From the NCBI GenBank assembly GCA_026025075.1, contig JAPEUI010000064.1, positions 1 to 64,000 of the forward strand: a stretch of 64,000 nt of DNA. Reading direction: 5' to 3'. Below the pieces are notes generated by a model. That model saw only the letters and a program-made list of their open reading frames with translations. It was not told the DNA's origin and searched no databases. The position numbers and the translations under genes are program-made. Positions 56,896 to 64,000 of this stretch are shown here, one piece after another. Each line of letters begins with the position of its first letter. Within the stretch, counting starts at the first letter, position 1. This stretch comes from Vezdaea acicularis. Its lineage: Eukaryota.

Positions 56896-58046
56896 TTTGC
56901 ACTCAAATATGGCGTTGACGGTCGGTCAGGGTATTGCACGGTCGGGACATTACCTTGCGGATTATATTCCAATATGAGACCCTCTTGCATGATCATTGAT
57001 GCTTGCACAATAGTACAGGTTAAGATATAATGAATCCGTTGCTGTACAAGAAGATGCCCCATCTTCTTACGTGTCTTCTTTCTATCTATTCGTACCTTTA
57101 GACCACCTGTGGGGTACAATTGAATACCCTCTTGTTCTCAAAATGCTTCTAGAGCTTTCCCAAGAAGCACGCATGGTATCATGAAGATTCATTTCGTCGG
57201 CTCGATGTGGCATCTACGAAGATTCCGAACTTCACCACTTCCTCAAAATTGACACATTTCAGCGTTAGCCCTTTGGCTCTCGGAAGTAGAGATCCATGGT
57301 GCTGAGAATGGTGAAGGGACTAAAGAAAGAGGCGCGGGAAGGATTCCTTTGTATTCTACATCTACATCTACTGAGGCGTTTACCTCTTCAGATCTTGCAG
57401 CTCAGCAAGCAACCTAGATGCAGTTCGGGAGCTCCCAAAGCTTGACATTGAAGAAAGCCACGTGAGAAAACTTGTATCTGCTATCAGAGTTCACAGAGGC
57501 TGCAGAGAAAATTGTATCTCATGCTAAGCTTCTCTAAATGTTGCAGTTGGGCAATGTCCGGATGCCTAAGAGGTTTCCACTCCATGTGAATTATTACGAT
57601 CCTACGAAAGCGCTTACTCTGCAGGGCGCCAAGCTTTGCCTCCCTTGCACTTGTAGCTTCCCTCGTTACAGAAAGGGTGCATCCCCCTGCTTTACTTTCC
57701 ATAAATTTTAGCGCATATGTTAAGATCGACTGCCCAGCAGACTGGCTACAGAGGGAAGTTGTACAACCAAGGCTAATGCCAAAGAATCATGGCAATTTAG
57801 GAGATTCAATTTTCCCAAGAAGGACCCCCAAAGGGGGTGGCGCCAACAATTACAAATGACGAGGTGTTATAATGCCTTGATCTTATAAGATAGATATTGA
57901 ACTTCTCGATTGTCACTTATTTGCTGTACGACTATTTGACTTAGTCAAAATCTAATTCTTTCGCAGATGAGTACTCGCAAAGCAAACCATCTTGCAAGGG
58001 CAATAGCTAAATATATTTTTTAGAGAAAGTCTCGTCTACATAAGTA

Positions 58047-59137
58047 CTATGCCGAAGCTGTCTCGTGATGGTTGATTCCGTTGCTGAGTCCATTCTCGAG
58101 CCCGTTGCTAGTCGATTTGATGTCCTCACTGGACTGTGCAGTAAATACCTCTCTAGCGCCAGAGAGATTTTCTGCCATTCCTGCGAGGGCAACAACATCT
58201 GCTGCAGTTACGATAAAGGACTTCTTTTGGCCCATGCTTCTCATAACCTCTGGCGGTCCAAACGCAAAGCCAGCGCGGGGCTTGTTGTGCTTCTTCATAA
58301 TACGCTCGTACGTCGCGACCGCGTCTTGCCATTCCTGCTCTGGACCCCCCATTCCGCCGTTCCCAGCAAGGTCCATGGAAACCCGGCAATCGAGTGTGCC
58401 TAGCCAGCAAGCGTCGATCTGGGGTACTTCCGTGAGGATGTCATCGAGGTTGTTGATTCCTTCCAGAGACTCAATCTGAATGATAACTGCAGCCTGCTCA
58501 TTCAAATTTTGATGGAAAGTCTTTGACCCATCAATGGAAGTGTCTGTGACTCCTGGAACAAACCGGAATGGAGGAGCTGACCTAGTACCCGAGTTCCTGG
58601 CGCCGAATTTTGCAGCTGAAATAACATGTTTGGCTTGCGCTACGGTGTCGACTTGTGGTACAACAAGACTGGCGCCTGCATCGAGGGCAAAGCCGATCGC
58701 CGCATGGTCATGACCTGGTACACTTTGATTTAAAGGATCATCAGCAAAACTCGAGAACAGGAAGGAAGAGTGATCAATACTCACCGAACGAAAGGAATAG
58801 TCCTACCTTCACTCATGAATTGGATTTCGTGAGCCATCTACTAACGTATCAGTAAAGCATATAAGAGGCGGGGCGAATGCTAAGCCTAAACTCTTACCGT
58901 CGTCATGGTCTCTACATCACAAGAAGAATGTTCCCAGTCAATCCAGACTGAGTCAAAACCCAGTGGCGCAATGAATCTAGCTGTGGGGACTGTGCTCAGT
59001 CCAAGGTATAGGCCAATGAGGGGAGGAATTTTGCCCTCATGCGCATCGCGAATTGCTTGACGAACGCGATGTGGTTGGAATAAAGAAGGGGCTCGGTAGG
59101 CGGCCATGCCCATATTGGAGGTAAAATCTTTCGACAT
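58047..59137 (-). CDS. HpcH/HpaI class II pyruvate aldolase family protein; 3 exons
   Basis: GFDSVWIDWEH, PFVR/VPGHD, ALDAGA..VVPQVDT, IIQIESLEGINNLDDI, WLGTLD; a short middle exon (~58785-58837) restores the frame. Confidence 0.9.
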
Positions 59138-61705
59138 TCTTTCACGTACAAGGTTTGGGTAGAGCTAGCAGATGTCGGGTTGGAGATGGGGCTATAGAGG
59201 GAGTGAATGGGGGAAGGGGGTTTATAAGACACATCTTGAGGAACTTTACTAATATTATAGACCTTGCTTGATCATTCTACTTGTGCCTGGCGCAATGAAC
59301 CTCTTCTAAGTTCTTACTGGAGGCTGGGAGGGTTCGAAAATGGAGTGGCTAGTGACGTGAGATAGAGGCGATTTTGGCTCTCTTGGTTGTAAGATCTTAC
59401 ATCAGCGACCAGGGGTTCCTTCGCTGCTCACTGCCCATATTATGGATCATGCTTGAAACTAGAGAGGCTCCTAGCTTGTACCTCTATTTATCCATGTGGT
59501 CTCAAAGAAAAGAAGATCCAGTGGGCTGATGACCTCTGAAAGCTTCCTGACGCCACCCCTGTGAGATCAGATTCTCGAGCAAGGGGATATTTACGCCCTG
59601 CCGAAGGCCGTGCTGACTCTTACCATCACCTTTGATCAGTAGCTTACGACACAAGGTCTATTCGTGAGTCAATGAATTAGATGACTTATTTGGAAGTAGA
59701 CTTTTCGGGGTTGATAATTGCACTCTCGGAGCCAGGGTGGGGGGACATTGCCGAGCGAAGTTAATCTTCTTTCAACCCTACACAACGCAACTTGTACACT
59801 CAGATACTTCATTCATGGCCCGTCCCAGGGCATCCTCGGATCCCAGACAGACCATTGAAAAATGGTACAACGACGAAATATAGAGATGATGGCAATATTC
59901 ACTTATCTCCAGAGTTTTGGACGCGGGTGGCAGTTCTCGGACCGTGATGCGACGCTTGCGAACTACCGCCACGCACCCCATAGCCTAATCGGGTGCAGTG
60001 GCCAGGCATGGAAGCTGGTCCGTAAGGAGTAACATTCCGCGAAATTATTTCTGGTCAGCAAGGTTGGCCGTGGCTTACTTCAGAAAAAGACCACGCGATG
60101 CATTTGAGCGCTAGGGGATGTCCGGGATCCGGGGAAGCCGAAATACACCTCCCATCATCGCTGCGCTCGATATATGAACAACGCAACACTTATTAAGCAA
60201 GCACAATGTCTTCTACCTATATCTTTGAGCAATGAGGTTTCAAAGGCCTTTTGATTGGCTCGATTTTGACTTCCCACAATTGGTAGCCGATATGTTTTCT
60301 ATGATCCATATCATGGCGACCAATATTTCTCCTTTCATCCTCTTTCCCTCTCCTTGATCACAAGAATGGCCTTTGACAGAACAAATGGATCGAGTTTACA
60401 GGAAATATCGGTTGAGGATTTGAATGAGCCCAGCTACGATGGCCTTCCAAAGTGGACGCCTTGATATTTTGAAGTGAGCCCCTTTAAAATCTGCTCTTGT
60501 TGTTCTCTGCTCCTGGAAACAGGAGTAAGCGCCATTTCCCTCAATGTCTTTCCATAATGGATGTCTTCGGGATTCTGTGTTCATACCTCAACGTTCAGCG
60601 GCCTACCCAAATCCTTTTAAAGGCCTCCATACCATACAGCCCGTGCAATCCTAAGAATTGCCACTTGTATTGGCAGTCTTTGCTCTTCTTCCCTCACTAG
60701 GCCGAATGCTCGTCATTGCTACCACAAATGAACAATCCTGGCTTTGTTGCTCTGAAGACTGGTGTTTTCTCGGTCTAGGCTTTCTCCAGCCATATCTTCA
60801 TGGCGGCCGCAATATTTTAATCAGTTCTGCGGTTCCTACGCAGTAGATTAACCCGAACAGTACTGGAGGCCCTGCTCCAGGGCGCCGGACTTAGGGACGT
60901 GGCCTGAGATATGTGTCCCCCGCATCCTCTAATCTCTTCGGGTTCTCGTTGTCAAGCTCATGCCAGCCTTCGTATTTTCCTTGTCCCACCGGTTGGGCAT
61001 TTAAAGAGCGTTGCGACGCTATGCCTACACTGGTTTAATCGGTACTAGCGGTCTCATAATTCTCATCAATAAGCTCCCAGGAGCCCCTTTGTCTACTAGA
61101 CGAAAGCTGAGATTACATCTGGCATACCCTGAAATTAATACCACGCAGCACATTCAAAAAGAATGCCCCCATGCGAGAAGATGGGACTGACACCAAATGC
61201 TATCCAACTCGCGAAGAAATGTTTTTGCAGATTAACCACTACGTATGGAAAATTGGCCATCGCCTAGTATATGGATCTTGGAGGCCGCCTTATATATATG
61301 CTTATCTCTGTGGTAAAGATTCTATTACGTATCTTCCCTCCTCATTCGTACAGTTGTTATGATCGCGAACACTTGGGCTTTGGATTGCCTGTTGGGGCGG
61401 GGATTTGGGACATTTCCGCCATCGAGAACCTCAATGTTGAACAGACATTGATATCATTCTATTCTATTATTTTTCGCGTATGCTAGGATATCGTGATTTC
61501 GGGTGACCCCCGAAGGAAGCAGAAAAGATCCAAATCAATCAGCATTCAAACAAGAAAGAACCCAGCATGTGCTAATCCATCCGGTTTTGAAAGGGAAGAC
61601 GCCGGCTATCTGCCTATTCATCCGCCAGCCCCGCCAATGAGAGTCATGAGGTCATGAAAGTAAAACCAATGTCATGGCTTGAGCAGTACGTTCATGCGAG
61701 GATAA

Positions 61706-62194
61706 TCAATAATCCTCCTCTTCTTCCTCTCCAGGAGTGAGAAGGTTGCCAGCACCATAGTCGAGATCATCAACTCCGAGATCGAATTCGCCATGGGCAT
61801 CATAATCGACGAATTGTTCCTCGAAAGATTGCTCACTTCCAATTTCCTCCTTTACGGGCTTCTTGGCTTTGCCGCCAACTCGACCCTGGCTCTTGGTCAC
61901 CTTCCCGGAGATGGTCCCTTGGCTGCTCTGCTGGGAGGAGCGTTGAGATGCGGTTGCTTTGGTACGGGTGCCTCTCTTAGGAGCTGCACCTTTCACTCCG
62001 GACTCAGCTTCTTGACGGAGTTGAGCGGCCGTCTTGCGAGCTGGGCGGAAACGTCCTTCGATGGAGTCATAGGTTGCATTATGACCAAACATGAAGGCTA
62101 TCTTTGCGTAATTCGGCTTAAACTCTGGATGCGCAGCGAGGAGAGCTGCGATCAAGCGCTGGTGAGTTTTGACATCTTGCCAGTTGAGACCCAT
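61706..62194 (-). CDS. Small fungal protein with N-terminal Myb/SANT-like helical domain, basic linker and acidic tail
   Basis: NWQD..HQRLIAALLAA..NYAKIAFMFG..ATYDSIEGRFR pattern recalled in Pezizomycotina hypothetical proteins; ATG in AAAATGG context. Confidence 0.7.
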   Translation of the reverse strand: MGLNWQDVKTHQRLIAALLAAHPEFKPNYAKIAFMFGHNATYDSIEGRFRPARKTAAQLRQEAESGVKGAAPKRGTRTKATASQRSSQQSSQGTISGKVTKSQGRVGGKAKKPVKEEIGSEQSFEEQFVDYDAHGEFDLGVDDLDYGAGNLLTPGEEEEEDY

Positions 62195-64000
62195 TTTTAG
62201 TAATGGGTAGTGAGATGAGTGTTTATTTGGGAATGAAAGGATGCTAATGGTCATTAGCAAAGTGCTCCAAGAGTCAATGAAGTGAAGCTTGACATACTGA
62301 AGTTCGTCTTCGTGGCGTGATGTGAAAAGATGGTGGAGAAGTGGTGAAGTCTGTATACGTTCACAGGTGATCGTTCCTTAGCTGAGGTAAGGAAGTTGGT
62401 GGCTGACAAATGGTTCTCAATTAGTTTTGGGGACAACCTTTCAGTACGCGAAGATTGTATGGGAGAGGGGTGGGATGTGGAATGCGGCAAGACTCTGACC
62501 GGGTTCATTACTCGAGATTGGTGGAAAGAAAGTCAGTAGGGTGGGTGCACTTACAGAAATAGTCGAGAGGGGTGGGCCTTAGGCAGCAGTCGTCAGCGGG
62601 AAGAAGGTGTCGCTGTCTGCACTTGCTCACTCGATCCTTTCTTGAGTACCTTTATCCTGCCCCCCCGATCTTCTTGAGATTCTTACCCCCTCCAGGGCAG
62701 CCACTTATCTCCATGGAAGGGCACCCAGAGCGCGACGATGAGTCACATGCACGTTTATAGGGGCAAGTAGAACCTGAGTCTACTTGCATCGGCACCATCG
62801 GCTTCGAACCCGGATACCAGCCATCACAGCCCTCTTCCTTTGCCATGAATACCCTTGCAGCAGGACTCGAGCTCCCTCCAACGGCCTCAGGCTAGGCGCC
62901 TGGGCCTGCTCCCACAGGCCCAAGGGGAGGCCTCGTATGCACGACTAGGGCTTTGACCGTCTGCGATGTCGGTTGCTACGGAAGTGATTATCGCCAGTAT
63001 GTAGCTAGTGTTGGGAAATACATCCACCGCGCAACAGTGATTGGCTACATGTCGCAAGCCCAGACTTGTTGCCCCGTTTCTGCCCCGCGCGGCTGCCATT
63101 CTGGCTGATCGCAGATGTGTCATCTCTCGCCGCGCAGGCAAGGGCTGACGTCGCGGTGGCTGGGAGAGAACGTCGAATGCAAAGCGACGGGGGTTGGGGG
63201 GAGGGGGGTGGGGTGAGAGATCGCTGGCGGGCAGAGAGGGTTGGGGCTTCGCCCCGGCGGAGGGTCGGTCGGTGTGATATCGCGCGACGACGGGAAGCGA
63301 CGCGACTTGATGTGGGATGGCGCGTCGCTCGTGCCTGCGACCGGCCTGCACGCACTTTAACAACCCCTGCAACGCGGGATCGACTAGCGCGGGCCGCCCA
63401 GCACCCCCCCTGCCCCCACCCCTGCTCCTTGGCCGAGCAACCCACCACACCTTTTCAAACAAACACCCCACCTTTCCGATTCTGCGGCTCGACCACCACG
63501 CATGATCGCGGTTCGCGGCTCAGGGCCACTCTAAGAAAGCTAGAAATGTGATGAACGGATGAACGCGCGGTGGACCTTGGAACATTTCGATCTGTCCCAA
63601 GGTTATCACTGCTACTTCGCACTGGTCACTTTTCCTTGGCTGGAAAGAACTTGGTGGGACACTGAGTAGAGTTTGGGGGTGCAACCGTTATTGAATTGAG
63701 AGCTAGCTGCAGAAAGGAAAATCCGTCGCCAATTCCGTCCAAACCCAGTCAACCCGAAAGTGATTTCCGCCTATGGGCTCGTCAAGTGCTCAAGTGCTCA
63801 AGCGCTCGGGAGCTCGCCGGCTAGCTAAAGGAAAGGAACGCCGAGGCTTACCGCCAAAGCAGAAACCGACGCCCCCATCACTCCACGCCTGGAACAATCA
63901 TATCTCCGGACCCATGCCTTTCCAGAGCAAGTGAGTGTAAGAGGAACTTACTACGGTAACCGGGATACCCGGATACCATAGTAGACGGCTCTAAGCAAAT

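Noticed and set aside
56896..58046. 1.1-kb gap between UFD1 and the aldolase
   Set aside because: No ORF, repeat or RNA motif recognised; treated as convergent 3'UTR/intergenic DNA
62798..62818. tRNA T-loop/B-box-like GGTTCGAAGCC on the minus strand
   Set aside because: No cloverleaf can be built around it
62887..63551. ORFs of 147-194 aa
   Set aside because: GC-island artefacts with no domain
63548..63665. Possible C/D snoRNA (GTGATGA...CTGA) with an internal 11-bp hairpin
   Set aside because: No terminal stem or recognisable rRNA guide, and the boxes are short enough to occur by chance; an Rfam/snoscan run would settle it

Overview
Gene-dense chromosome segment from a filamentous ascomycete (Pezizomycotina-type short GT-AG introns with CTRAY branch sites). 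I support 25 protein-coding genes, mostly housekeeping: CAP/PR-1 protein, RNF10/Mag2-like RING protein, Rab11, Chp1-like chromodomain protein, ATP2, glycogen branching enzyme, ClpX, COX5, GAPDH, HDA1, an unidentified 820-aa RS-rich/coiled-coil protein, RVB2, histidine acid phosphatase, PIG-P, striatin, RAD14, PHO88, RFC3, ARC18, TRM6, MINDY deubiquitinase, LIN1, UFD1, an HpcH/HpaI aldolase and a small Myb-like protein. I found no rRNA, tRNA, CRISPR array, intact transposase or secondary-metabolite backbone gene. Best leads: (1) a candidate box H/ACA snoRNA in the long first intron of the RING gene; (2) about one in five reconstructed introns ends in AAG rather than YAG; (3) an accessory island between HDA1 and the 820-aa gene with a TTAA-bounded 73-bp inverted repeat and a degenerate ~96-bp tandem array whose units look like intron/mini-exon modules. 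Gene models and identities were built by eye from motifs and recalled family knowledge. No searches or computations were run, so some start codons and splice sites are uncertain.
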